Shown here piece after piece: positions 11,556 through 24,018 of a DNA stretch of 64,000 bases. Source of the DNA: Setoptus koraiensis (Eukaryota; Animalia; Arthropoda); contig CM106585.1 of NCBI GenBank assembly GCA_048013815.1, positions 17,794,001 through 17,858,000 of the forward strand, read 5' to 3'. The stretch's first letter is position 1, and every line of letters starts with the position of its first letter. Under the pieces are notes generated by a model. The model searched no databases. It saw nothing but the letters and a program-made list of their open reading frames with translations, and was not told the DNA's origin. A program made the translations under genes and the position numbers.

Positions 11556-13234
11556 AGAAAATTCCTAAAATTGGCAACTGGAGCCAAAGTGGCTAATGTC
11601 TTGCTGGCGAAATTCGTCTCTTTTCTTATGTGTGGTTGCTGTTGTTGGTTGTGTCTGTTGACCAAATCGTCTAGATAAGCTCTGAATTTCTTGCAGCGAA
11701 CAACGGCGAAACGAAGCAACAGAGTAATGAATAGAAAACAAATTACAATAGCCACAAAGTAGCACATTAAGAATGCCCCCAGATTGAAGGTGCTATAATC
11801 AATTGAAACTATTGACATCATGATGAGTAAAGTAATAATTGATCCTAATATCATGCATACTAGTAAAATGACCATAGCGCAATTTTTCGTACTCATTATT
11901 GTCGTTTGGGACCCTAAGCCAAGTAAATCAGCCAACCGAACTGATTTTTCGTCAGGGAAACTCTCGCCTGATCTCGCCTGTTTTCTTCTCCTGTTATAAT
12001 TGGCCATCCTACTTGAATAGGCTTCCATTTGCGAAATGGATTGCTGTTGGTCTGCATTGCAGCAACAGCTGCATAAAAAGCAACAATAATTGCAAAAGCC
12101 TTTGCAAGTATTTTTGCAAAACAGCATCATCTCATTGATACAGATGAAAAACAACAATATAAAAATAATAACATACAATAAAATACCAGCCATAACACCA
12201 CCCAGTGATCCAATAATTAGGTCATCTACGACTGAGATAACTAAACGATTTCCAGAGTGAGTCTTGAGAGATTGAAGCATGTCTAATGACTCCATCAATG
12301 GAAATATCATAGGCAGTATGAGAAGCATATAGAACAAGAATATTATCTTGCTCACCGACAGGTCAGTCAGGGCCAAGCTCAGGTGTGTCAACAGGGGCAC
12401 GTCGACGTGAATTGCCGTTGTGTTGTTCTTATCGTAATTATTATCATTATTGAACTTCTTTTGCGCTGATTTTTCTTCTTTGCTACTTTGTTTCTTGTTG
12501 CTTTTACGAGAGTCACTTCTAGAGGTGGATTTAATTGGATATTGCCTCGATTTAAACATTTGATTCTCCATACTGGCCATGGGCGCCAAGTAGCCTATGA
12601 ATGATTTGATTTGAAACAGCCACAACTGCCTAGTTGACAATGATTCAACTCTCACTTGAGAAACAACAATATATGCGCTTGCCTTGAAACAATCATGACT
12701 CAATCTGATGGCTCCAAAATCTACCAAAGGTGTAAACCTACACAATACTAGCTCACATGTTATCTTGAAATCATTGAATGAATTCTCTGACCATGCTAAA
12801 CTATTATCTTTTGTGAAATAAATGTCTGTTTTGGTGTGACATCTCAGTAATTTTTTCACCATTTTCTCTGTCGGTGTTAAAACTAATCTCGTTAACCAGA
12901 TTCCTTGTGAAGTAAGAAATTCTATAATAATTTCCGTTTCAGGTCTGTAGGTACTCGTGCAAGGTCCAAAAGAGATTGTGACAAGATAATTGTAACGTTC
13001 CATTCCCCTCGTACAATCATCGTACACAATAGGTGCGGTATTTTGTAGATTCTTACAAAATCTTTTAATAACATTTATGACAGTAAAAGATATAATTAAT
13101 AATAAACATGGCACAATGATAGCTAAGAATAGTTTAGCTTTGAAGCTGTTCAACCAGCTCAAATCAGCACGTTCAAGACTTGTGGGATCATCATGTTGAA
13201 ATACAAAAGTTGTTGTATTAATTTGCATATTCAT
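11465..13234 (-). CDS. Polycystin-1-like fragment: TM - degenerate PLAT domain - about 4 TM
   Basis: TM1 is followed by IVYDD..YNYLVTISFG, then LVDFGAIRLSHD...VSQVRVESLSTRQLWLFQIKSFI (PLAT-like pattern), then further TMs ordered as in PKD1-like proteins. No REJ/GPS ectodomain and no channel domain. Confidence 0.55.
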   Translation of the reverse strand: MNMQINTTTFVFQHDDPTSLERADLSWLNSFKAKLFLAIIVPCLLLIISFTVINVIKRFCKNLQNTAPIVYDDCTRGMERYNYLVTISFGPCTSTYRPETEIIIEFLTSQGIWLTRLVLTPTEKMVKKLLRCHTKTDIYFTKDNSLAWSENSFNDFKITCELVLCRFTPLVDFGAIRLSHDCFKASAYIVVSQVRVESLSTRQLWLFQIKSFIGYLAPMASMENQMFKSRQYPIKSTSRSDSRKSNKKQSSKEEKSAQKKFNNDNNYDKNNTTAIHVDVPLLTHLSLALTDLSVSKIIFLFYMLLILPMIFPLMESLDMLQSLKTHSGNRLVISVVDDLIIGSLGGVMAGILLYVIIFILLFFICINEMMLFCKNTCKGFCNYCCFLCSCCCNADQQQSISQMEAYSSRMANYNRRRKQARSGESFPDEKSVRLADLLGLGSQTTIMSTKNCAMVILLVCMILGSIITLLIMMSIVSIDYSTFNLGAFLMCYFVAIVICFLFITLLLRFAVVRCKKFRAYLDDLVNRHNQQQQPHIRKETNFASKTLATLAPVANFRNFLQLIKYVRQRSHEFDERQKSSSVVSFASRG

Positions 13235-13718
13235 AAGAATCTATTCTATAATCAACTGCTCCATTGTTGATGCCCCTATATGCAGCTAGTAGATGATTGT
13301 GGCTTGCATCTCGATGCATCATTGAAATCAATTGGAGGTACGTAATCAGATGATTATATTCGAAACAATAATTGTTTTTATCGCCATCGTTGTCGGCCAC
13401 CATTGAATTGATCGATCCTTGCTCTGTTTTCTCTACATTTTGAAATATTGCGCCCATTGACAATAATCACGAGCTATAATTCTCATATCTGCCTTGTGCT
13501 GTACAAATGATCAAGGTTTTATTTGTTTTCGTTCGTTTTATCCGCTCTCTTTCTCTCTATATAGCATAAACATACTGCTGAAGTGACAGTACCCATGTCG
13601 CACGGTTACATTGATAGACAGAATCGTCAACCGTGTGTTCTTTTGGTGACTTAGGATGGTCCAACGAACGTTGGAGTGTTAAATTCTCCAACCACCTGAG
13701 GGACCTCGATAGACACAC

Positions 13719-14735
13719 TTGGAGCTCACTAGTTATCGTAATTCAAAAGTCACCATGGTTTACATAGACACAAAAAAAGTTTTGGCTTCGTTGATTGTAT
13801 GCTTCAAGCCTCATGTATTCTTGACAATATCAATTATACTAGTCATAATCCGATCTATATTCGCTGCCTTAGAGCGGGGCGCCAGCGATTATTTAAGGAC
13901 ACGCCAAGCAAGTGATATAACAATATTAATGATCTCTGTGATAGCCTTAATAGCATTCGGTTGGACAACATTCTTTGCTATGATGGTTCGGTATGAGTTA
14001 CAATCGGAACTGAATTCAACTCTCATATTGTTCCAATGCAGCAAACGAGGCCTAAGATTTCTGGGTGTTATCTTTTTTCATATATTATTACTATCGACTG
14101 TTTTATGGCTTACATCTAGCGCCGTTGAACATAGTGTTCCGAAAGATTTCTCCAAGCCACATCATAGTATATTTGTGCCTTCCAGTAGATACAATCAGCG
14201 GACAGCTTCAACTACGAGTGACAAGGCGCAAACAAAGCCGAAAATGATGCGCCTCGGCACTCAACTGGACGACACAAATATTGGTGACCGTAATCACTAT
14301 AATAAAATGTATGATCAGCAACATGGTCATACAACAACGATCGGTTCATATTCACACAAAATTGACCAGCAGTCCGGAAATAGTCTCCCAAATAGATATA
14401 AACCTAACGGTTATGATGAAAATAGAAAAGCACCCACGAAAAAGACTCATAGCTCCGTATCAAAAAAAGATGTCAGTCAAATATCATTTAGCAGCACGGA
14501 TCGTTTTCATATTGTTGCCATTTATACGATTTGGTTGACCGCTATAGTCTACTCGCTGACATATCTGATCTTGGAAAATATAGTTATGTGTTATAATGAT
14601 CTTACTCTCATTGAATTTGTTCACGGTGTTTTCTTGTATGGCGTGACAAAATTGACCGGAATCGACCTGAGCGATCTCCCCGCTGGTGAGATGCTTTTCA
14701 ATCCACTGATGCGACGTAGAGTGAGAATATGGTAG
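13719..14735 (+). CDS. Multi-pass membrane protein, apparent ZDHHC derivative lacking the DHHC cysteine-rich domain
   Basis: TM segments resemble ZDHHC2/15/20 TM1, TM2 and TM4. RFHI...N..TL aligns ungapped with the ZDHHC at 52205. No DHHC or Cys-rich motif. Confidence 0.55.
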   Translation: MELTSYRNSKVTMVYIDTKKVLASLIVCFKPHVFLTISIILVIIRSIFAALERGASDYLRTRQASDITILMISVIALIAFGWTTFFAMMVRYELQSELNSTLILFQCSKRGLRFLGVIFFHILLLSTVLWLTSSAVEHSVPKDFSKPHHSIFVPSSRYNQRTASTTSDKAQTKPKMMRLGTQLDDTNIGDRNHYNKMYDQQHGHTTTIGSYSHKIDQQSGNSLPNRYKPNGYDENRKAPTKKTHSSVSKKDVSQISFSSTDRFHIVAIYTIWLTAIVYSLTYLILENIVMCYNDLTLIEFVHGVFLYGVTKLTGIDLSDLPAGEMLFNPLMRRRVRIW

Positions 14736-14925
14736 AAATGGGCGAAATTTTGGAATGTTTTATCATTTATTAACGAAAGAAACCAAAATAGGTTTCGAAA
14801 CGAAAATTTCCATGTCATTCGATAACTATAAAAGTTTATGGCCAAGACAGACCTGCCTGTCTGCATAAAACTCCATAGCCCTGTTTGTTCGCACTAAGTC
14901 ATTTATTGTTTTTATTGTTGTTCAT

Positions 14926-17900
14926 TCAATGCATCAAACAGTCGCTTATCTGGCCATAATAATCCGAAGTTTCACCTACGGACAAAATTAAAGCAGGTAT
15001 CAAACCAAGAGAGGTGAGAACAATAATCGCAAACCAAAACATGTAGGACTGTGCAAAAACCTGAAACTGGCCCGAGGCGGTATTCTCCAGATTGAAGAGG
15101 CTCCTGGATGTTTTGAAAATCATTAACGTGTTTTTTTTGCGTGAATGTTATCAATGTGGCAAAATATAAAAAAAAAAAAAATGAAAGCAAAAATGAGATA
15201 GCTATCACGCCTAGAGGGGAGAGTTGTTATTGCTTATTTCCACTCACCAGTTAATGAGACTGTGCAAATATAGCACGAAGGGTAGTGAAACAACTGAAAC
15301 TGTGATGGTTAAGTTGAACCAGAAACTTCTTGATCTGGTCACAAGTACTAGTTGAGATGATACTAGAAGTATAACAACAAAATACAATATGGTTGAGTAG
15401 CCGTCGATTCCGGCCATCTTCCCGCTCTCCAAGAACGGTGTATGACTTCCCCATACAGTATACATTGAATAGAATACAAGTAGGGCTTGCAACACAGCCA
15501 ATACCATACTTAACAAGAAAATTTTCGTCGTCATAAGACTATTGTCTCTAATCAACCTATATAAACGGGGAAAATTCTCCAACAATTTCACTGGTATGTG
15601 CTTTTCAGTGAGTCCATAGGCGAATATAGGCAAAGATGTAAAGAATATATTGTACCCAATCAGCATCATGGGACTGTAGATAGTTCCTCCTGAGAAGCCA
15701 TTATAGAAGCCATAGAGAAATTGGGGCAATATAAATAGCATATTCTTGTAGAAAAAATAGTTGATTGTTCTAGCCGATCGCACATAGAACAAGTGGCCAT
15801 GGACAAACAATAGGCGACGCAACAATCTAAATCTGCCAATGGCAAAATCTGAACTATTTACCGCCTGTCTGCCCTCTTTTCCGCTAATACCTATGCCCAC
15901 GTGCGCCTCCTGTATCATAGACACATCGTTGGCCCCATCACCTATGGCCGCCGTAACTGGCGAACCTGGCGAATCTTTGATCATTCTGACAATTTCCGCT
16001 TTTTGCATAGGCGACAAGCGGCAACCTAGAACACTAGTGCAATTTTCGCATAACTTAGCCAGCAATAATTGATGATTTTTCATTGCGTAATACAAGCTTC
16101 TTCCATCTGCTATCAATGCAAATTTGTATGCACATTCAGTTTTTTCTTGCTGCTCTTTTAGGGCACGACGTCGCTTCAAAAAGCGCTCATTCAAATCTAT
16201 TTCAGATATTCCACTTTGGTCTGTTTTTTCTCCAGGATAAGGCTGACCATTGTTGTTGAGTGTTGACTTAAGTAATTTCTTTTCATTTGCCCCGACTGTC
16301 GCAGCATTTGTGTTGGCTTTATTTGCGTTAAATTTTTTTGCCCTAATCATGTCGACTTGTTGATTGTAGTCATTCAACAGTTTGCCGCACCTAATTGAAT
16401 CCTGCTGACGAACCAGCGAAAATTTTATCATTTCGTGATCTAACAATTTGCACAGATAAGCCACCGAGGTGGCAGTTTCAACCTTGTCCCCGGTCAATAG
16501 CCACACCTTTATTCCGGCCTTCTTTAAATCGGCTATAGTCTCCGGCACTCCGTCTTGGAGACAGTCCTCGACGGCCGTTGCTCCAATTAATGTGAGCCCT
16601 GTTTCGGCTCGCTCATGAACCAATGCTAGTCGTTGACTACGGCCGGCTCCCACAGTGATCATGGCATCTTTGACATCTTTCATAATTTTATCATATTCTG
16701 GTTGGCTCAATATTTTCTTGGCCACTAACAATGTCCGCAGACCTGCCTTGGCAAAAGCCTCAAAATGAGCCAGTGTTACATTGACAATTCTCTCCGTCGC
16801 GCTATCTATATCATTTAGTTTCAAACAATCCAGCATTTCTTCGCTGCCCTTGGTGGCCATGTACACCTTGCCAGTGCTTATGTCGCGATAAATAACGCTC
16901 ATTCGCTTTCTAATACTATTAAATTCGAATATGCACAATCTCTCATAGCGTTTAATTGTATAATTACTACTAATTTTGCTTTTCTCACTATCTGTTTTTT
17001 TCGCTATTTTTGTTGGAGATTGTACATGTTGATGCTTTTTGTTGTTGTCATTTTGTTTCGATACTGTTGGATCAGGTGAACTGCTGCCGTTGTTTATTAT
17101 TATGTAACATTCTCTATCATTTGATTTACACATGGTAACACCAAATTTGTGTGCCGCACTCACCAATGATTGTTCGTCTGGACTAGCCGACTGATATCCA
17201 TACTGATTGGCACATTTGTGTGGCAAACAATCCTCTAGTGGTCTTGTTTCGTTTATATTAACCGTAGAACACAATATGATACAGGTAAAAAAGTCAACCA
17301 TTTTCTCATTATGAGTAATATCTTTGATTAATTGCAATTTCTTTACTGACGGCATATGGGCACTCAATCCAGACGAGCTCATCGTTGATGTTGAACTAGG
17401 TGTCGGACTAGCTGATGGCTGCTTCTTGGACTTTTTATGGCTCTTTGATATCAGTGGGGAACTAGGAGTCAATGGAGATAATAGTGCCTGTCTATTTGTA
17501 TCTGTCTTTCGTAATCTACTAACTATCGACGGCACTGGTATGGGCTCCACTTCCGGTGGTTGAAAATAGAGACGCTGTTTCCTCGTTGATCTGTATAGCA
17601 ATCCAAAAGCCGAGCAGGCCCGAAATATCATCTGGTTCTCCGTTAATGTGCCCGTCTTATCAGAGAACAATACTTGAACTTGGCCCAATTCCTCATTGAG
17701 ATCCGAACTGTTACATTTCGCGTTCTCCCATCGAAATTTGCCAGAGTCACTAGAAACATTTTTAGATTGGTGGTGTGCGGGCACCTTTGTTTGTGCCTTA
17801 GAACCAACTGAATAGCTTTTGGTGAACACATCACTAGTGGCGCTTTGTTTCATCTTGAAATCATCTCTTTCTCGTTCACTATCGCTTGGATTGTACACTA

Positions 17901-19296
17901 GAGCTCGTAATTCCTTATCGTTTACCACCTCTAGAGTGCCAACAAATTTGACAAATTCCAATGTGACATACAATGATATCGGTACTAGATAATTGAATAT
18001 TAAAAAATGAGTTAAAAACAGTAAGTCAGGACGCTCATTGGATGCGCTAATACTATTCAGATACCAGACGTCGATGGGCTTAAACATAAATGTACCAGTA
18101 AGCGAAAATATGAGCAATAATATAAAACAAACAAGTAGAAATCTGTTGACTGTGTGCTCAATTGATGAGAATTTATTTGGTTTTAAACGTGAATTGTGGG
18201 CCACTTTTGTATCCATTCCAGTATAGATCGCCAAACAATAAATATGGGCGGTGTTTTTTAATCTGCTAGCTCGCAACAGTAAATTTGATTCATCAAGGCC
18301 AATCTCAGTACAATTACGGCCTAATTCAATTGTTGGCGGTGATTCTGTTTTATTGATCCCATTCAACGATGTTGAACTCTTGGAAATATTTAACTTGTTT
18401 TGCTTGGCGGCAGTCATTTTGCCGTTGTTCTCAGAAGAAACGCTTGATTTGCCACTATCAGACGCTCCACAATCATTGTTGGTATTACTCGATGCTGGCG
18501 ACCAGCTATCTAATAAGTTGTGAGCGGTTTTCTCATCTCTTGTTGCTCTCAGAGAACCATTGAATTCATAGAGTGTTGCGTTGGGTTTATCACATTCTAT
18601 AATAAATATTGATTCGTCTATTTTTTCAATATCGCCTATCTGATGTCTAACTTGAAAACAATTGCGCAATTTCAAATTTGTTTCACCGTCTAGATTTGCT
18701 GTTGTCACATGGCATCTATCGTCGCAACTAGAGGCCAGCAATATAGCGTCACAAGGTAGCTCTTCGTTGTTGGTTATGTAAACTATATCGCCAACCTGTA
18801 TATGCCTTGATTCGATTTGTATTATTTTCTTATCTCTCAAAACACAAACCAAGCGTCTATTGATTTCAACGTCGACCTTGTGACGTAAATAATCTTCATA
18901 GGCCTGCTTTATAGCTGTTGTCGAAACAACAAATACCAATGGTATTAGACTTGTTGATGGGCCTACAGGGCTAGAGGGCGATAGAGCCTGAAGGAGGGCT
19001 ACAATGAGAAAATAGAAATTGGCCAGACGTCTGAATTGTTCAAAAAGATTTTTAGGCAAAAAATTCCACAGTGTATATTTGCTGGTAACCAGCTCATTTG
19101 AAGGAAATTTGGGATATTTGCTAGCTCTGGATAGTATTTTTTTTGAATGTTTTCTATCGACAATGATAATCCTACTCAGCTTATCAGGTCCATTGTTTGT
19201 TTCGCTCGTTCTTTGTTCGTAAGACGGAATACCCTCCATAATACCAATAAATAAGCATAAACTTAACTGCACGAAATCGCCACCAGTATTGCCCAA
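14926..19296 (-). CDS. ATP11: P4-type phospholipid flippase ATPase (ATP11-like)
   Basis: FEQFRRLANFYFL, DGETNLK, DKTGTLTEN, TGDK, GDGANDVSMIQ, GKEGRQA. Large exon 19296-15248, phase-2 intron 15247-15104 (GTGAGT...CCAG), then a TM10 exon from 15103. The exact 3' end is uncertain. Confidence 0.93.
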
Positions 19297-19890
19297 TAAG
19301 AATGTTTATCAAAAATTGAATGAGGAAAGAAGATTGGAAACGGATGTCCCAGATAAAGAAAGAAATGCAACGATACTCTTGACAGTGTATAATTCCGGAT
19401 AAAATCTCGTGATTGGTAATTTTGATGGAACGTTCACAACCAGTGCAGATGCAAGAAAGAGACTTCTGATCAACCAATCGTCGGTCGTTTTGCATATCTG
19501 CAAAAATTAACTGACTGAATCGTTCATTGAGATTGAATTAACCACAAAAAATGCTCCAATGATAATTATACATTGCATTATAGACTTTTTATTCTAACCT
19601 AGCCATGCGTATCGTATACAAAACGTTAAGACACAAATACAAAGTATGTTTGAAACGCGGGTGATTGTAACACCTACTCGACTTTGGAGTTGAATGAGTT
19701 TTGATAATCAATTTCGAGATATTCTATAGAGTTGCAGTCGTAAATGTTGTAAACAATAATTTGTCACAATTGATACACTATTGTACTACTGTATTCAACA
19801 TACACGCTACGATAACGATAGAGAGGCACAGTTTTAACAGTGTTTTGGCTCGTCTATTTCGACCTATTTTGACAGTGAGAAAATAATCAT

Positions 19891-21357
19891 TTATCGGCTT
19901 CTAACAGATTTCGGGGCGACGATGCTCTTGACAGATTTCGGGTCGATGATGCTCTTAACAGATATCGCGCCGACGATGCTATTAACAGATTTCGGGGCGA
20001 CGATACTCTTGACAGATTTCGGGGCGACGATACTCTTGACAGACTTCTTGCCGGCCAGGCTTTTAAAAGATTTTGGGCCCAATCCTTTCGTTTCCTGCGT
20101 AGATTTTACACCGAGTGATGATGAAGTTTTCCTTGGACCAAGTCCAGTTTTAACAGCTTTTGTTTTTAGTGACTTTCGTGCACTCTTGGTCGTGTTACCT
20201 TGAAAGTCTACTCTGTTCATGCTCAAATAGTAAAGTAAGTATACCACAGTTGTACAAAATAACACTGCCAGTGATATCAAAGCTATAATAAGACCTAATT
20301 GACCGGCATCCAGTTGGCTCGAGGAATCAAGGTGGCACGTATTGTTAGTCGAACAATCTATGGAAATATTTCCAGTTCCTAACTGCTCGAATTTATAGCC
20401 TAAATTGGCCATTCGTTCGATAGCTCTGCCAGCATGTTCATCATTCAGTGCTTTATTCAAGTCCATCCTTATCGTTATTGGACAATTCTTAATAATCAGT
20501 TCGTGCTCATGTATCATTTTCTCGATGTCTCCAACAAATTCGAATCCAACCACACTTATCACCGTGTCGCCCTTTTTCATCAAATCGTTTCCACAGCAAT
20601 AATTTTCACATGGAAATCTGAGATGACCATGATCCTTGACCATGAATTTTCGTTTTTTTTCATCACCTGGTGGAATCAATTGCTTATCGGCATAATTAAA
20701 ACTAATTCTAAAAGTCATGGAGGCTGTTTCTGGTGGACGTATAAAAAAATATCGATTGAGCGAATTTCCTAATGAAATGTGTTCAGACGTCATGTTATAA
20801 ACAAGATCATCGTTGATTGTACTGTTGAATAGTTTCGACGGTGAAAACGGAGCTTCATTTGAATTTTCATCATAGGCCTCCTCGGGAAAATAATCGTTGA
20901 TTTCTCTATCATAGGTGTAGCTGAACGATACTAAATGTGTGGAGTTACTTGTGAAGTTGAAGTTTGGCGATAGCCCGATATTCATAAAATCAATCTTGAA
21001 ACTTTTATATTCGTCAGTGACATTTATATAACGAATCATAGGAATAAATTCATTCGATTCAGTAAAATTGGGCTTTATAAATAAAGTTACATGGCCGTCT
21101 GAATTATCGAGGCGATTGTTGGTCATGTTAACGTATTTGTCCGCTGTATACATTATCTTAACACCATGTTCTATTCTTCTATAAGCCAACTCTACAGAGG
21201 CAGCATTTTTTAGTTTTATCACATCGCGAGTCAAAATTCTACATGTGACGAAACCATCTCGTAAGTCAATAGTATTTGCACATACATATAGACACAAAAC
21301 TAGTCTTACTGACGACAGGATTGTCCTCGTTTGGCGCCCCTTGTATCTGGACCACAT
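19891..21357 (-). CDS. Single-pass membrane protein of an unrecognised family (member 2); KSVKSIVAP repeat tail
   Basis: Signal-like N-terminus, FFIRPP, CPITIRMDLN, GYKF, TM LGLIIALISLAVLFCTTVVYLLYYL, basic tail. Confidence 0.8.
   Translation of the reverse strand: MWSRYKGRQTRTILSSVRLVLCLYVCANTIDLRDGFVTCRILTRDVIKLKNAASVELAYRRIEHGVKIMYTADKYVNMTNNRLDNSDGHVTLFIKPNFTESNEFIPMIRYINVTDEYKSFKIDFMNIGLSPNFNFTSNSTHLVSFSYTYDREINDYFPEEAYDENSNEAPFSPSKLFNSTINDDLVYNMTSEHISLGNSLNRYFFIRPPETASMTFRISFNYADKQLIPPGDEKKRKFMVKDHGHLRFPCENYCCGNDLMKKGDTVISVVGFEFVGDIEKMIHEHELIIKNCPITIRMDLNKALNDEHAGRAIERMANLGYKFEQLGTGNISIDCSTNNTCHLDSSSQLDAGQLGLIIALISLAVLFCTTVVYLLYYLSMNRVDFQGNTTKSARKSLKTKAVKTGLGPRKTSSSLGVKSTQETKGLGPKSFKSLAGKKSVKSIVAPKSVKSIVAPKSVNSIVGAISVKSIIDPKSVKSIVAPKSVRSR
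19903..20047. repeat. Coding tandem repeat, 27-bp unit, about 5 copies (KSVKSIVAP on - strand)
   Basis: Unit AACAGATTTCGGGGCGACGATGCTCTT and variants. Confidence 0.95.
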
Positions 21358-22628
21358 TTGGAAATTAGTGTCTTCCTCACATTATTCCATGCTCCCAAAT
21401 AATTTCAGCTGGTTTATTAGCCTAGTTTAACAATAGACGTGACTATAATTTACGATCAATCATTCATTTAATAATCCAATTGATTATTGAATTTGATTAA
21501 TTATCAATCTAATAGACTAAATTTTTTTTTCGTGTGCTCATTCATTCAGATGGAGATTCGAGCGCGAGCTGGCGGAAATCAGGCGATTCTCGTCACTTTT
21601 GACCGAGCGTTCACAAGTATAGTGTTGGACTTGTCATTTATTATTTAAAATAGTACTTCAGTATTAAAATCCTAGACTGATTATACAATGTAACAATGTT
21701 CGATAGCTTATATTCACAATATCTATTATTATTTCCATTTCTATGGTTATTTTTTTTTATAATACTGTTTTATACTACTATTTTTGTATTACTTTTTATC
21801 CATGATAGGTTTGAATGTCGTTGATTTCTGTTGCATGCTTCAGCTGGTTGGTTATTTGTTGGTCTTTCGGTTGGTCCAGTTGCTTGGTCAGTTGTCAACA
21901 CATACACACGGGTGCAATGTTAGAACACAGATTCGTCGAGATGTTGTACTGTTGCGATATTGTAGCGTCGCATTTTATACGTACAAGCGTCTAGATTATG
22001 TCCTGTCGAGATTTTTTATGCCGAGATATCGACCCGGATTCTATGGCGAATGGCGGTGGCTTGATTAAATGTATAGTAAGTTTGGTGGAGACAGCTAATA
22101 GATATTCCTTGAATGATAATGCAATAAAATTGGATGTTGGTGGATTTCACAATGTTCAGTTAGCAAACCATCGATGAAATGTCGAGTTCCAAGGAAGATG
22201 GCAATCTAAAATGAGGCAACAAGGATGTGATCCTGACGTGTTAGGTTTTCCAGAATTCGCTCATCTATGCTAACTATATAACTATTATATAACTAATATA
22301 TTAACTAATAAATAACAGCATAGTAGAACTAGTATCTTGAATTAAGTCGTCTGTTTTCGTTTCATTCTTGTCATCTTCTGACTAGTTATTCTGCTCCTAG
22401 AAACAGTTCAGCAGTTGAAATATCAATGCCAGACACAATTATGCAGAGACTTTCTTTCATAGGACTTTTCATTTTTGAATTGTGCCTCACAATGGAGCAT
22501 TAATTGATTCCCATTGTGTTTTCTTGTCTGTCTACTTTTTATTTTTATTGATCATTTTGCACAAGTGTTTTTTGATGAAATACGAGATTTGAAATCAATC
22601 GCTTTCGACAATAATTACAATTGTAAGA

Positions 22629-23612
22629 TTACATGGGACTATTCGGCGGCGACATTGGTGACATGGGCGTCAATGGCTGATCACTGGTGTTGCCGCTGGA
22701 CACGGAGCCCTCTTCGTCGTCCGTCGGTGGGACTGGTGATGGTTCTCTGAATGAAGCCCCCCCACTGGCCATTAGGCGAGGATCCGAAGAGACGTTACTA
22801 GATATAATAGGCACAATAAAGGGTGGATTTGCATTTTGATTTGCCGGTTGGCCGCTGCCTGGTGCCGATTGTGGCGTCTGACGCACTCTATCTGACTGCT
22901 GCTGATTGGGAGCTGTGGTATTTACAGTTGATGGCGGTCCTGTGATTACTGGTGCCTGAGTTGATCTGGATCTCATTCTAACAGCGCGCCTGAAAACAGG
23001 AAAACGTCTATGTGGGCCCAATGGATTAAACATGGATCGTGCTGTACGACGTCCATGCATCGCTGATGAGAATATATTTCTACGTTCGCGATCTTCGTTC
23101 AATAAATCTTTCATGGCCCTAGTGAGAGACACAGGTAGATCATCTAGACCTTTCTTTAAGTTGGCCAATCCATCTTGAACGCTCTTGTTCAATGATTTAA
23201 TTTCGGTGCCAATCAATCTACTTCCGGCCGTTGGTTTATTAGAGGCAATCAACTGACCAATGGCCAGTGTATCCCTCAATTTTGTGTCGGTCTTATTTAC
23301 AGAAGCTGTGCTACTTCCATCAGGTACGTGGCGGGAAGTGGTGGGTTGGTTCGGCAAACTGTTGATCGTTCTTTGTTTCGACGCATCAGGCTGATTAGTT
23401 GTATCATTTGAATTTATTTTGTTGCCGCTTGAGTCTGCTGATTTTGCTGATGATGCTCCATTTGCTGCGGCCGGATTCAGTTTTTGTTGTGTCTCGTTCT
23501 TTTGCTCTTCATCTTTTTCTATTTGCCCTTCTTCTCTTAGGCGCCGCAACTCAAATTGGTTCGAATCGATTTGTCCCCCCGGAGATGGTGGTGGTGGCGA
23601 CGATGAAGCCAT
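22629..23612 (-). CDS. Hypothetical low-complexity Ser/Pro/Gln-rich protein
   Basis: 327-aa ORF with a short helical or coiled segment and an Arg-rich patch. No recognisable domain. Confidence 0.6.
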   Translation of the reverse strand: MASSSPPPPSPGGQIDSNQFELRRLREEGQIEKDEEQKNETQQKLNPAAANGASSAKSADSSGNKINSNDTTNQPDASKQRTINSLPNQPTTSRHVPDGSSTASVNKTDTKLRDTLAIGQLIASNKPTAGSRLIGTEIKSLNKSVQDGLANLKKGLDDLPVSLTRAMKDLLNEDRERRNIFSSAMHGRRTARSMFNPLGPHRRFPVFRRAVRMRSRSTQAPVITGPPSTVNTTAPNQQQSDRVRQTPQSAPGSGQPANQNANPPFIVPIISSNVSSDPRLMASGGASFREPSPVPPTDDEEGSVSSGNTSDQPLTPMSPMSPPNSPM

Positions 23613-24018
23613 AACGAGTTGTTGTCCTTTGCCAATGATGCCTTAGATTCGTATCACACTGAGTTAAGTTGTCGTTGACTCTATTCTCACTGAACCAAGA
23701 CTGATCCAATCAACAACTGGGAACAACAACAGTGCAAATTGAAATCCGTCGCGAGACTTTTAGTATTATTTTTCTGATCAGATATTATGTAATCTCAATA
23801 GTATTTACCATTTCGTACAGACACATAAGTCACGTGACAAATATACTCGTCTGTACTACTTTGGCGATTGTAACTATACACGATTTGAGGTTTGCCAGTC
23901 ATTCGTCCACATGTCGACAAATAATTATTCGAAAGAAATACAAGTATTTCTACAGCATATTGATTGAGTGCATTTTTTATTTTCGATTGAGGTCATATCT
24001 TATGCCTTCTTATTACCA

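Noticed and set aside
13218-13463. Upstream ORF with NHLITY as a possible GPS motif for the PKD-like gene
   Set aside because: Only a 3-4 residue resemblance, in a different frame, with no clear splice path.
19922-20203. Repetitive + strand ORF
   Set aside because: Antisense shadow of the 27-bp coding repeat.
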